64,000 bases of DNA from Flaccisagitta enflata (GCA_965153355.1 OZ231126.1:36270001-36334000); one strand, 5' to 3'; shown: positions 42,487 through 55,575, counted from the first letter of the stretch. Numbers and translations: made by a program. Notes: generated by a model not told the origin, from the sequence alone.

Positions 42487-42926
42487 CTTTTTGGGCAGCG
42501 GCCCCAAAGGGGTCGATGGCCTATGCTTTCACACAGGGGGGTTTTCTCCTTCTCCTCCTTTGTACCCCCCCCAACCTCCAGGCCCATATGTAAGCCTCAA
42601 GGCCCATATCCCAGCCCTGAGGCCCAAATCACAGTCTTGAGGCCCAAATCCCAACAGCAATGCCCAAATCCTATCTTGAGGCCAAAATCCCAGCCTCGAG
42701 GGATTTGGGCCTCAAGACTGGGATATGGGCCTCAAGGCTTAGATATGGGTCTGGAGGTTGGGGGAGGGGGGACGGAGGAGGAGGAGAAGGAGAAAATTCT
42801 CCTGTGTGAAAGCATAGGTCATTGACCCTTTTGGGGCCGATGCCCTGCTCCCCCTTCAACTTCAAACACAACATGCTTAGGCAGAGTAGGGGTACCGCTG
42901 ACCATCTAAGGCTTTTGCGACTATTT
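42487..42926 (+). mobile_element. HINE-like element family B (GACCTATGC subtype, palindromic central array)
   Basis: ttttgggcagcggccccaaaggggtcgatggcctatgc ... ggtaccgctgaccatctaaggcttttgcgactattt. Confidence 0.8.
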
Positions 42927-43027
42927 CACTTCCCAAATTAGGGTCAGATAAGAAATCATGAGAGGAAATTTTAAGTGCTATGGATTTTTGATTATTTAGT
43001 AGAGTTTTAAATGTTTTATTGTCAATA

Positions 43028-43634
43028 ACAGGATGAGCAAAAAAATTTGCACAACTCTGATAAAGAAATGAAAAATAATGCAATGTAGAGCAAATACCAT
43101 CATGATATGAATTGAATACTTAATTTTAGTAATCAATAATACTAATGAACCAATACAATTGACTATAGGCTATAAATATGGTCTGGCAAATGAATTATTA
43201 TCATGGTCACATATTGTCTATGTGCCATGATTTTGACTGTTCCCTTTATCAAGTGGTATGATTATTTTTTTCATTTTGTGAGATATATCTAAGCCCCTTG
43301 ACCCAATTATCAATTGTTATGACTATCTGACATCAAGGTTACAAGTTGTGTATGACAATGACTTGCAGAGGATGCCAAGCAGGAGAAAAACACTGGACTG
43401 AGTAAAGTTTCCATCCCTTTAAATTTGGCCGGTAAAATTCATGCAAAATCTGACTGTGTGGTTCAACTTTGATGCCTCCCAATGGCAACAGAAATTTGAA
43501 AAGTGAATGACGGCCCATACTACTGTCCAGTAGGACTTATTGTGGGGTTATGGTTCAAATTTCATCTTATCAGGGCACCTAGAAGTGCTGATTCTATACC
43601 CATATGTTTGTGCAAAAATTTTTGCTCACCCTGT
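43028..43634. mobile_element. Tc1/mariner-like MITE
   Basis: TA|acaggatgagcaaaaaaatttgcaca ... tgtgcaaaaatttttgctcaccctgt|TA. Confidence 0.72.
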
Positions 43635-43745
43635 TAGTAATGCGAATTTTACTCTAGAATAGACTTCAAAAGAAAAACAATACTTATTATATCAATCTGC
43701 AATCTGCAAAATGAATTATTCTTTTCATGGCTGAAGGGGGCGTTA

Positions 43746-43870
43746 TTAGTCGCGTGCTACGCGACTCTACACTCCACTTTGTCGGTCCGTCCGTCGGTAC
43801 GTCCGTCCGCCACACTTTACTTTTTGCCCACCCGCACGTGACTTGGGTAGCCGTGTATCCGGCCTTGTTT
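43746..43870 (+). mobile_element. Minimal DINE-1/HINE-like element
   Basis: ttagtcgcgtgctacgcgact, (GTCC)n, cacgtgacttgggtagccgtgtatccggccttgttt. Confidence 0.78.
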
Positions 43871-44328
43871 ACTGGATAAAATGGTTATATCATTTTTCAA
43901 TGTCAAAATTGCCCGGGCGCTAAATAGAGAAAATACGGTATCTAAATTATAATTGGATTTTACGAATTTGGCGGGCCCATCTTAGGGTCACAGAAAAAAA
44001 TTGAAATCAAATTGAAAACAGGAATTAAAACGTTTTTAGAACAAAAGAACCGACTTCCTCCGGAAACATTTCGATTTGAGTAATCTGATTTACCATTTAT
44101 GACTCATCAAAAAGTTTCGGGCGAACATAGGTATCAGAGGATAGAAACCGCAAGGTACTCAAACGACAGTTCAGATAAAGTTGGTTCGATATATGATAAT
44201 TACAAAACGCCTTTCCGCCTCTGAGATTTGTTTGAGACCTGGAACTAATTCCAATTTTGTTGCTCAGCTCAGACAGAATGAAAATCGAAAGTTTGAGCTC
44301 CTAGACGCTTGAGGAAAGGTTGAAGCAC

Positions 44329-44421
44329 TGAATGAATGAATGAATGAATGAATGAATGAATGAATGAATGAATGAATGAATGAATGAATGAATGAATGAA
44401 TGAATGAATGAATGAATGAAT
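44329..44421. repeat. (GAAT)n microsatellite
   Basis: Directly visible. Confidence 0.93.
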
Positions 44422-44748
44422 AAAAGAATGCATGATGAATAAACAAAAAAATGAATAAACGAATGTATCATGGAAAGAGTCGTCTTTGGAAGCTGTATTA
44501 AGTAGATGAATGAATGAAAAAGGTCCCACAGCACAAGAAATAATGGAACTGAGTATGCAGCAAACACTTGAGATTTTTCTACTAAGAGGATGAATGTCAT
44601 GGTAGTGCTCAGCGCCGTATGGGAGTCTATGATTTTGGGGGAGCCACCACCAATTTGTGTCATGACAACTTCTTAGTGTCCCGATCAATTTAAATAGTGT
44701 ATAGACATTAGACAACAGTGATTTTAAGTGCATATGGAAGCTGTTTGT

Positions 44749-44828
<80 letters not shown>

Positions 44829-45185
44829 GGTTGTGTGTCCCAACAAGGGGCCGCCATGGCGGCCCCGGCGGCCCCTTGCCATACGGCCATGGTAGTGCTA
44901 CGACCTGTCCAACAAAATTTGCACCTGCGAAACTTAACGTTCATCCGTAGGAATCATACTTCTGAACGGCCCAGTAAGCTGAAACTTTAATTAAAGTAGC
45001 CCAAAGTTATCATGACACTACAGTTTTAATTTTATCATACTGGGTGAATTAGAAGTATGCTTTTAATAGATAGATTTAAAGTGTTGCTGGTGCAAAAATT
45101 GTTGGACAAGTGTCATGATCGGAAAATCAGAAAATCAGTGGGTCATGTGGGCCTGGTTGAGAGACTAAACGGATCTGCTTACTGC

Positions 45186-45777
45186 TTGGGCAGCGGCCCC
45201 AAAGAGCCGATGTCCTGTAGAACGCATGAATTTTCATACATCTGTACACCCTTTTTTGAGTCACTAATTCAACCCTCTGGAGCCTAAAATCAGTTCTCTC
45301 AGACCTTGAGTGCCAGCTACGGTTAATGATCAGCCCCCCTAGCCCTAATATCAGCCATGACAAGTATGAATTCTGCCTCTTCTGTCCGACTATACTATCA
45401 GCCTCCTCACGCTTAAGTCTAGCCCTTTCAGGCTTCAAATCAGCTCTTTTACACTGAAAATCCGTCCTCTCAAGTCTGAAATCTGCTTGCTCAAGCATGA
45501 AATCATCCCCCTTGGCAAAATCTAACCTAGTTCTTACATCACCTTTTGAAACAGACTATGAATTCCGCCATTTTGGATGTGATATGTGCACCCTCAGGCT
45601 CTACCTCCAAGCCTTGCCTCTCCGAGCTGTTTCATATCACTGAATTTTGAAACTACATTCGTCTCCACCTTTAGAAATTCTATGCTCTATAGGCCATCGC
45701 TCTACTCTAACTCCACAACATCAATTGAGTAGGGCATCGAGTACTGCTTACCACATGCAATCCTCGGATTACATGTT
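45186..45777 (+). mobile_element. Degenerate family B HINE-like element
   Basis: ttgggcagcggccccaaagagccgatgtcctgtagaac head, decayed 21 bp array, decayed gggcatcgagtactgcttacca tail. Confidence 0.6.
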
Positions 45778-46029
45778 ACCCCCCCCCGCCGTGTAGAACA
45801 AGGATCAATCTAAAAGGTCAAACTCCCAATCACCGTCATCGGAATTCTTTTTGTTTTTCATCACTTGAATACGACCCGGATACACGAGTTACTTCGGGTT
45901 CAAAACCTTGGGATCTAGTTGTTGGGATTTCAATCCTTATTTCTTATTCTTGGCCCCTGCATTACCATTCAGTAAAACGCCTTATTTCTCAGAATAAGTT
46001 TTGTTAAGTACCTCAGAATGGATAAGATA

Positions 46030-46572
46030 CCGGGTGGACATAAAAAAGGTAGCTCTGTATCTGAATAAAAGAAAAACGGTCTTTAACTGTTTATTATGTG
46101 AATATTTGAAAAGATGAATCTCTGAATTTGTATATATGATTGAAATATACAAATTCAAATTATGTATGATAAACCAAAATAATTTTTTTGAGCAGTATTG
46201 CTTGTTTTTAGCTAAAAGTGTTAATTAGTTATTATTAGTGTTTTGGATGTGCATCTGGTTTTTTACTTAAAAAGTCTTGGTTTTTTTAGTTTCTTAAGAC
46301 CCACTTTTATTCAACTATCTTTGTTCACAAATAAATTATGTTAAAATCATTGATTTTTAATCAAATTCAAGCAAAATTCTTTAGGTGGTCCGTAATTCAA
46401 TTCAGTTTTTTAAAGATAAAATGAAAAATATTGATCCTCATAAAAAAATGTTTATAATGGAACATGTAGGCGAAGATCATATCTAGGTAGCTAAAAAAAA
46501 TTTTTTTACTTAGGAGAAATTTTAAAAGTAATATTGAAAAAATTAAAAGCTACCTTTTTAAAGACCACCCGT
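46030..46572. mobile_element. Tc1/mariner-like MITE
   Basis: TA|ccgggtggacataaaaaaggtagct ... agctacctttttaaagaccacccgt|TA. Confidence 0.65.
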
Positions 46573-46893
46573 TACCAGTCTGGAAATCTGGCTCCGTACT
46601 TTTTCCCTGCCTTTCTTATCGAAGAATAATGGAAAACAGGTTCTTTTATCGGTTTGGTTCTATTCGGCAATGTCAAAAAAAAAAAATAGAATTTTGGTGA
46701 TCGCTGACTGGCTTATCTCTCATTCTTACAATTGTACATGACGATGTGACTCGAAGCCAAACGAATGACTATCCGTCTGAGCAAAAACCCTGTATTTTGG
46801 GGATGACCTAAGTATTTGCATTTTTTCATATTCAACAAATTTGTGTCATTGAAGTTCGGATCTAGGTAGAGAGATCAGCACTCATTTTGAAAC

Positions 46894-47105
46894 TTTTTAG
46901 TCGCGTGCACGCGACTCTACAACCCGCTTTGTCCGTCGGTCGGTCGGTCGGTCGGTCGGTTGGTCGGTCGGTCGGTCACACTTTACTTTTTTTTACGATT
47001 TTAATCTTTTGACCTCCCTGCTCCTGCCCAAATGGTCTGGTGACCTCAAATATGGCCCCTGCCCACCCGCACGCGACTTCGGTAGCCGTGTATCCGGCCT
47101 TGTTT
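46894..47105 (+). mobile_element. DINE-1/HINE-like element (family A)
   Basis: tttttagtcgcgtgcacgcgact, (GGTC)n, gcacgcgacttcggtagccgtgtatccggccttgttt. Confidence 0.82.
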
Positions 47106-47756
47106 GTCTTAGCCAGCAACTTAAAATCCCTGATAAAATTTGGAAGTCGTGCAAAGCTGTTTTCCAGATGCATGTGGGTAACTGAAAATGTCATCAGCGT
47201 TTTCACCATTTTCTGTAGCGTCTTTGATATGTGAAAAACCTCCAGATTGAAATTAACAATCAAGATTCAGGATAAATGGACTCGGTCAGCATTCTTTATT
47301 CATAGCATTGACTCAATTGACTGACTAAAATTTCTTTTTCGAGGTCCAATCGGATTATCGGAATGCTTGAGAGCGGGTCGATTCAAGTAAGGATCGAGTC
47401 TAAACGAACTGAATCGCTTTGTCAAATGACAAATTTGGACTTAAGCATGTCAAAACTAAACCCCATTCTACCAATTAGAGGCATTTCTTCTTCCTTGAAA
47501 ACTAGAGGAATTGAACTTCTTCATTCCTGCCAATTCATGGCATTTTTTTCCTCTAATTAGCCAATTTTCGGCATTTTCTCATTCTTGCCAGTATTGCAAG
47601 AGTGTTTACATCATTACGACTTCAATGGTAGACAGGGAAAACGAGGATTTTCATGGGTTCGAATCCTGCGTTTTCAGCTAGAATAGTCGCAAAAGCGTTA
47701 GATGGTCAGCGGTACCCATTGCCCCTATGTGAGTGTATGTGGGCGTGAGGTAGTTA

Positions 47757-48348
47757 CTATCTTCACAATAGAAGTCTTTACACATGTTTTAACTGATATC
47801 TCTGGTCATATTAGCCCAATCTTTAAAGAATTCGTGGCCATTTTGAAGCCCTTCAAATTTGCAAGCGATCTACGCAAACCGCATATCTCTAACTCAATGC
47901 GTTCAAAAGTTATTCAACTTTGAATGAAATACTTTAATTTCTCGTTTACCATTTTCATACTATCCTCAAATGGTACAATTTTACTCCAAATTGAATTACT
48001 TCTATACGCATTGAGCTAGACAGATGCGGTTTGCGTAGACTGCTTGCAAATTTGAAGAGCTTCATTTATGTCTCCAATTTTTCAATGATTTGTTGAGTCT
48101 TTCTGGAGCTATAAGTCTAAATGTAGCGAAGAAAGGGGATCAAAAAAATGGCGAGAATGGTCTAGAGGGCCATCACCCCAAAATACCTCAAAATGCGCTT
48201 TAAAACACTTCCCAGGCAAATGGCCGCTGTAATTCAGTCAAATGGGGCTCACACTAGATATTGATGGCGCCACAATCGATTAGTATCCATTTTCACATCA
48301 ATAAATAAACCTATCTTCAAAGTGTAAAGATTTCTATTGTGAAGAGAG
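47757..48348 (+). mobile_element. Internally deleted Tc1-like transposon
   Basis: TA TSD; 27 bp TIR ctatcttcacaatagaagtctttacac with 2 mismatches; retains the transposase C-terminus. Confidence 0.82.
48127..48264 (+). pseudogene. Tc1 transposase C-terminal remnant
   Basis: Translates as RRKGIKKMARMV*RAITPKYLKMRFKTLPRQMAAVIQSNGAHTRY*, matching the Tc1-family ending W..I....L.....SMPRR..AVI...GG.TKY*. Confidence 0.75.
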
Positions 48349-49005
48349 TAGAGGGGCAGCGGCCCCGAAGGGGCCAATGACCTATGCTGTTTTTATCTGA
48401 GCCTCAAGGCTGGAATTATGGCTTCAAGGCTGGAATTGGGATCTTGACGCTTGGAGTTGAACCTTGAGGCTTGGATTTGAGTCTTGAAGCTGGAATTATG
48501 GCCTCGAGGCTGGAATTATGGCTTCAAGACTGGAATTGGGGCTTTGAGGTTTGGATTTGAGCCTTGAGGCTGGGATTTGAGCCTCAAGGCTGGGATTTGA
48601 GCCTCGAGGCTGGGATTTGAGCCACGAGGCTGGGATTTGGGCCTCAGGGATAGAATTTGGATCTCTGGGGTGGAACATGAGCCTCACAGCTAGAATTTGG
48701 TCCTCAGGTCTAGATTTTGGGCCTCTAGGCTAGAATTTGGGCCTCAAGGCTAGAATTTGGGCCTCAAGGTTAGGATTTGGATCTCTGGGGTGGAATATGG
48801 GCCTCACAGCCAGAATTTGGGCCGCGAAGCTGGTGGGGGGGGGTACGGACGGAGGAGAAGGAGAAGAAGAAGGAGAAATTTTTGCATATGTGAAAGCATA
48901 GGTCATCGGCCCCTTCGGGGCCGCTGCCCAAAAACGGGAAGCCGCTAAAGGCCGCTGCTGTTTGTTAATGATTTGTGTTCATCAGCTTCATAGCTACATA
49001 GTATA

Positions 49006-49601
49006 AACTAGTCATCCAAGGATCGCACATGGTCAGCGGTACCCGATGCCCTGCTTGGAGTGATCAAGTGAAGTAGTGGAGAGAGAGCAGGGCAGCGGCC
49101 CCAAAGGGCCGATGTCCTGTAGGACACAGGGGGGAATTTCGAGACGTCCTGGGGTATATTAGGTCTGAGAAGATGGATAGAAGTCATTAAAGGCGGGTTT
49201 GAAGCCTGGAGGGCAGAATTAGGTTTTAAAGAGTAGATTTGAGGTTTGAGGGGCAGGCTTGAGGCCCAGAGGACAAATTTGAGGCCTAAAGAGCTGATTT
49301 GAGGCCTTGAGGGTGGATTTGGGGTATGGAGGGCTTATTTGAGGTCTGGAGGGCAGATATGAGGTGTGGAGAGCTGATTTAAGGTCTCAAGGGCTAAATT
49401 GAGGTCTGAAAGGGCTATACAGCCTATTCTGATGGCTCAGAGGGCCCAAATCAGGCCAAAATCAGGCCAAAATCAGGCCTGAGAGAGCAAAATTGAGGCC
49501 AAGGGGGGGGACGGAAGGACGGAAGGACGGAAGGACGGACATCTCGAAATTCCCCCCTGTGTCCTACAGGACATCGGCCCTTTGGGGCCGCTGCCCAAAA
49601 A
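49006..49601 (-). mobile_element. HINE-like element family B, sister of 7678-8241
   Basis: aaactagtcatccaaggatcgcacatggtcagcggtacccgatgccctgc is identical to 7678; same subTIRs. Confidence 0.82.
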
Positions 49602-50006
49602 GTACAAATCAAAACGCCATCAGATCTACTTCACTGACAAATATTTACATGCTGCGTCATACACTAACTCCACTATGAAAAACGGTCTCGAATGTTTCAC
49701 TTTCCCTCGCTATCAATGGGTTGGATGTTGAGTCGAGTGGATTTCGATTCTTTCCCCCCCACCCAGCTCGTTTGATCTTCTTCCCCAACGCGTCGAAGAA
49801 ATGATTTTTTTCCCTTAAAAATAAGCATGGAAATGGAAAATTTAGTGTAGGTAATAAAGAATAGTGTTGCAGTAGAAATACTTTCAAAAGCGAAAATTCT
49901 CATCAAGCTATCTTCCCTTATTCAGGAACCTTTGATTCTCCAACCCCAAATCCATATGGTGTGCAAGAGCTCAACGATGTACACTGCCGGGTATTTGCTT
50001 TCTCAC

Positions 50007-50202
50007 CAGTTTACACGGCGCTTTCTCTTTCCCACCCATTTGTGACATCCTTTCTTTCTGCTTTTATTTGTGCCATTTCTTTCTCCTTGCAAATTTGAGG
50101 GACGAAGTCAGAGATATGCATGCAGTACTGAAAATCTTGCTTAATGTTACAGCCGCTTTGACTCAAGCCGGGACTTAATGGTCCGACTGAAGGAAAAGGA
50201 GG

Positions 50203-50275
<73 letters not shown>

Positions 50276-51497
50276 ATACTTTTTTTTAACTCCTATCAAA
50301 TAAGGGTAAGTAACGATCAAGTCTATTGGCCTAAACGATAGGCTCCACCTACGCACTCACTCGGGTTTTTCTGCGTAAGAAGTCTCCTCCTCTCGCTTCG
50401 TTTGATTGGTCGGATATCAGGCACCTGAGAACTCTGGCATCAAAGCTCCTCCTCCATCATTTACTGATTGGTTAAGATGAAATTGTCATTAGCGTTAAGC
50501 TCCTCCTTCTTTCAGGCAGTCCTCCACCCACATCCAAAATTCTCTCGTGATCATCCGCCATTTTTGTGTGGATTGACAGTCGCAGGCTCGAGACAAGGTG
50601 TCACTCAAGCATCACTGACTTTTGGGGCTATCACTCAATTTTGGCGCTCGTCTCAATTGGTTATATCTCACCGGGGCGCAGCCAGGTGAGCGGAAGCAAG
50701 GTTCATATGCATTTTGGCGTTTCTGACTAGATTTAAAGCAAATGAGAGTGAATGCGGAAAGGGATGTTTAGGATATTGGTATAATTTGAAAGTGGTTATG
50801 ATTCAGTCTGTAGACACAACACTCCAGACTCGCCTAAAGCGCTCAATTGTTGGGGATTGAGGTTTTGCGCCCCTGTCTAATAGTATCATTAAGCTTGTGT
50901 TACGTTCAGTCTGAGTCACAAAGGCATCACTGGTAAGTGTCTTTTATTTGTTGCCTAACAATTATAATCATTCATACAACCATAACAACAGACGATGCGC
51001 CCCGTGCATTTCTTTTAAATTGATAATATCGACAACGGTCGTTAAGAAAAAACGAAAAAACGAAAACAATAACTACAATTTCAAAACCCACGACGAAGCC
51101 ATTTTTAATGATGACATGACAACAACAACTCAAATTATTACTCAACATAGGCATAGGCCTAGCAGCAGCTTCCAAACAAAGTGCATAGACAGCTGGAGCG
51201 AACGGTTTTTGAACTTTTTTTCGCGTTCATGGACCATTTTAAAAAAATATCAAGGACAACACAGTGGAATTCTCAACACAAGAATGATAACGAAATGAAC
51301 AAAATTATGCTAATAGCAGTATTGGGATGACCTATACATGCCTTCCGTTGGTATTCCTCGACCCAGTTGACGACAAGAATTTCGAAATGATGGCGATGAT
51401 TCAGTTTTTGAATTTGATTCATTCGCGCAAGAACTTGGTCAGTCCCCGGATTTGTAATGATCATGTCATTACTCACACTTTGAATTCGATTGGAATG
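50007..51497 (-). other. Putative spliced transcript of unknown function (candidate exons 51497-51477, 50722-50672, 50424-50361, 50186-50007)
   Basis: Each segment is bounded by AG and GTGAG, and the phases join into one open frame. No recognisable homology. Confidence 0.3.
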
Positions 51498-51508
51498 CTA
51501 ACGGAGGG

Positions 51509-51597
<89 letters not shown>

Positions 51598-52005
51598 TAG
51601 ACAAGATTAGCCCTTTCGGGCCTTCAGAAATTGCTAGGTAGACTATGTCTCAAGTCCTTCCTAGCGGGGATTGGATTTAGTTTTCAATTAGCAATAACCA
51701 CGCCTCAGTTGATACTTCGCTGGCTATGGTATCGCCACTGCGCAAAGCTATGGAAAGGAGGTTTTTTTCGAAGTTGATTTTTTGATAATGACAGGTTGAA
51801 AGGCAAACTTGTAATTTCGTTCTATACCCATTAGAAACTAAGAAACGAAAAAGATAATATCAAAACATTTATATAATGATCAGAGTTTATTCTAAAAGTG
51901 CCATAATGACATTTCAACCTTGATATGCAAAAGGAAAATAAATATTGAGGATGATGAGTATCGATTGCATTATGCAAATGAGGAAAGTGTGAAAACAACG
52001 AAAGA

Positions 52006-52091
<86 letters not shown>

Positions 52092-52225
52092 TGAGGAAAA
52101 AAGACGTAAGCATTGATCATTTTTCACCAAGGTTTTGTCTTCAGTCATTGCAAATCTTTTTATTTGTTAGATCAAATCGAGAGCAATTATATGTATTGAT
52201 TGCACTGAAAATCAGAGAATAATGG

Positions 52226-52812
52226 GACTGAGCCAAATAAGCTAGATCAGCTAAAATGCTCAAAATCACTCTATCAGACAACCAGCTATTCTCACTGACA
52301 TGCTTTCTTGTATTTTCATGCTCACATCAAAACATTTATTTATTTATCTCATTAACAAAAAAAAAACAAGGCCAACACCTATAAGTCGCGTGCGAGACTT
52401 ACAGATTGACTTAGAATAACTTAGTATGACTCAGTATACTCTTAAATGACTTAAAGAAATAAAATTGATAAAAAAAGTAAAAGTGTGACGAACCAACAGA
52501 CCAACCAACCGACCAACCAACGGACGGACGGATGGACAGAGCGAAATGTAAAGTTGCATGCACGCGACTAAAAACTGAACTTAATGAGCTAAGTGAGCTA
52601 GAATACTTAAAAACACCCTCACAGATGAGCAGCTATGCTCACTGACATTTTTTTTTGTATCTGCTTGCTTCAAAAATATTCATTCATTCATCACATTTGA
52701 AGTAAAAAAAAGACTGAGCTAAATGAGCTAAATGAACTGGAATGCTCAAAAGCACTCTCACAGACAAACAGCTAAGCTCATAAACATGGTCTCGTATATT
52801 TGCATGCTCAAA
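52226..52812. repeat. ~138 bp degenerate tandem repeat (3 units) interrupted by a minus-strand HINE at 52365-52574
   Basis: Units starting (g/a)actga at ~52227, ~52573 and ~52712. Confidence 0.65.
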
Positions 52813-53010
52813 CAAACATAGATACGCTCCTTTAATAATCCCTATTTTAAACATGATAAATCAAACAAAAATTTAATTTGGATTTTTTGTAAATAAATCT
52901 TTAAAAAAACATTACGCCAAAAAATATTTGGCGCCAAATGAAAAAAAATTAGCAATTTTACTTACCCTTTCAATTTCATCGGAGGCACAAATCGGTTGAT
53001 TGAGTTCCAA

Positions 53011-53628
53011 AACTTTCTCATAACCATGGCAAAAAAAAAAAAAGAGACAACTTATTTAGCTTATTTCTGCTGAGCTAACGATATGAAATATAAAAAATCC
53101 ATGGCCGTTTGAAAGATCTGCAAAAGATCTTTCAAATGCAACGTTGCTGGTAGTTCTAGCTTTATTCGTTTAGAAATGGCACAAAAATGAATGAAAACAT
53201 TGCCATATTCAATTTTGCGATTCAACTGTATTCAAAAGGTTTTGAAAAGAAGTAATTCACTTTGAGAAGCTCTAACTTCTAAACGGTTTGAGTTACAGAT
53301 CTGGGATTGGTCTTGAATGAAAGAAAATTCAAAAATCTTTGAAAATACCTTAAAGAAAAAGTTCAAAAATATTTTTTTTCTCTGTTTTTTATGAACTAAC
53401 AAAAAAGTACAGCTTTTTCAACTTGGCTTTTACAGTCTTGACCATCTACTCTTTATCCCTATGTCATTTCTAAACGAAAAAAGCTACAACAACCAGCATG
53501 GTCCCATTTTGAAGATCTTTTGAAGATCTTCAAAACGGTCATGGATTTTGCTATGTTTTTCTCATTGGATGAATGTGAAACATTGAAAAACAGTTTGTCT
53601 CTTTTTTTTTTTTTGCCATGGTTAAGAA
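53011..53628. repeat. ~170 bp imperfect inverted repeat (probable MITE interior)
   Basis: taaccatggcaaaa...tttagaaatggca vs tgtcatttctaaacg...ttttgccatggtta. Confidence 0.65.
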
Positions 53629-53946
53629 AATAAAAACCATGTTTTTCTACAATATGTCAAAAAGTCGAAGACTGACTTCGACTTTTTTCCGACAATACAA
53701 GTGACCTAGGGGTTAAGATGCAGTCAAACCCGCTCCAACAGACCCGCTTTTGATGGAATTCGGTCGATAACGGAAACTATTTTTTGGTCCCTTGAAATCT
53801 ATTTGAGCGGGATTTAACTTTATCGCCGCGCACGGATGGGCGTCCTACCATCCCCCTCCCTTCACACACCTACACTAAAACTACAGCAAAAGCATCCAAA
53901 ACGCTCGTTTTTTCACGTTTCAACTCGAGAAAGAGAGAGAGAGAGA

Positions 53947-54014
<68 letters not shown>

Positions 54015-54118
54015 CACAGAGTTAGAGACAGAGACAGACAGACAATCAGACAAAGCTGACCTCAAGGCTTGCCTGTACCTAAATGACAAAAAGCAGTAAC
54101 AGTGGAATTCCCCAGCCG

Positions 54119-54359
54119 CACCTTGATCTGGGGGCTGAGAAAAACCCGAGATGAATCTAGCATGTTTCAATAGCTTAATTTACATGAAAAGCATACTTCT
54201 AGTTAACCCAGTGAGATGAAATTTTAACTGAAGCTCTGCAAAACCATTAGCTTTCTTCATGTAAAATTCATCTCACTGGGGCAACTAGAAGTATGCTTTT
54301 CATGTAATTTAAGCTATTGAGATTCATCTTGGGTTTTTCTCAGCCCCCAGATCAAGGTG
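54119..54359. mobile_element. Transib-like palindromic MITE with RSS-like termini
   Basis: 5 bp TSD agccg (54114-54118, 54360-54364); CAC...GTG termini; ~105 bp arms; both ends read CACCTTG-12 bp-AGAAAAACC. Confidence 0.85.
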
Positions 54360-54621
54360 AGCCGGTTCGTGTTGTAGATGGGTGGAAAGATAGACACAAC
54401 CTCTGATAGGGATGCGTGGATACATCTAACAATCTTTTTGGTCGGGGAGAAAATGCGGTTGTTTCGGTTGATGGTTTGATGTAGATGGTCGTTGGCGCTG
54501 CTTTATCACCTGAGCCTCATTTCTCCCGTTAGAGCGGAAATGACCGACGATTTGTTGACACTTAACGTCCTTTCGATGTCCTTCCTCCAAAATCGAAATG
54601 TCTCTCCACTGACGACGGCGA

Positions 54622-54724
<103 letters not shown>

Positions 54725-54830
54725 GGCTCTCTCTCACTGTGGCGGAGCCCATTGCAACTTTGCTCTTTGAACTCTTTTTTTTTTCTTTCAATTCTCCGCC
54801 TCTCCAGCATCTCTACTTTTCTTTCTCCCA

Positions 54831-55575
54831 TTTTTAGTCGCTGCCTAGCGACTCTATAAGAGGGTGTGTCCCTTGGTCTGTCTGAGTGAAACAGGAAAAT
54901 TTTGATGACGCGAAATCGACTGAAAAACGGATTTCTGACCATCACAGCTCCTGCCTGGCGTCAATACAGCCCCCGCCCACTCACATACAGTAGATGTCGT
55001 CTAGACTTGGAAATACGGGGGAATTCATTACAGGAAGACAAACTAACTTAAGAGACTGATATTTGGAATATAGACTAATAAAGAGATGCTTTGTTGCCCA
55101 TGGGTGTTGGTTGCTATGGATACACATTTTCATGTATTCACGCTAAAGTATCAATATTTTGAGAAAATTTTTCAGGGAACATTGTTTAAAATAAAATTTG
55201 CCACAACTTTCCCACAGTATGTTCTGTAAGAATATTGCTAGTTTAGCCATTGCTAGGGAGCGTAACTAAGTGTGACAGCCCTGTGATGCTCCCTAGCAAC
55301 CGCCAAACCAGCGATATTCTTACAGAACATACTGTGGGAAAGTTGTAGCAAATTCTATTTTAAACAATGATATTTTAGCGTAAATACATGGAAATGTATT
55401 TCCATGGCAACCAACACCCATGGGCAATAAAGCATCCTTTTATTAGTTTATATTCCAAATATCACTCTCTTAACTTTATTTGTCTTCCTTTAATGAATTC
55501 CCCCGTATTTCCAAGTCTAGACGACCCCTGCCCACCAGCAGCGACTACGGATTGGCCGTGTATCCGGCCTTGTTT
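54831..55575 (+). mobile_element. DINE-1/HINE-like element containing a nested foldback MITE
   Basis: tttttagtcgctgcctagcgact ... gcagcgactacggattggccgtgtatccggccttgttt. Confidence 0.7.
54996..55525. mobile_element. Foldback MITE (~250 bp arms)
   Basis: gtcgtctagacttggaaatacgggggaattcatta ... taatgaattcccccgtatttccaagtctagacgac; TSD not resolved. Confidence 0.8.

Larger units (their letters stand above)
47682..48934 (-). mobile_element. Family B HINE-like element interrupted by a Tc1 derivative
   Basis: Tail at 47682-47756; subTIR and 20 bp array at 48352-48934. Confidence 0.75.

Noticed and set aside
47615-47672. tRNA-like A/B boxes (ttcaatggtaga ... ggttcgaatcc)
   Set aside because: No cloverleaf or acceptor stem can be formed; at most a decayed tRNA/SINE fragment.
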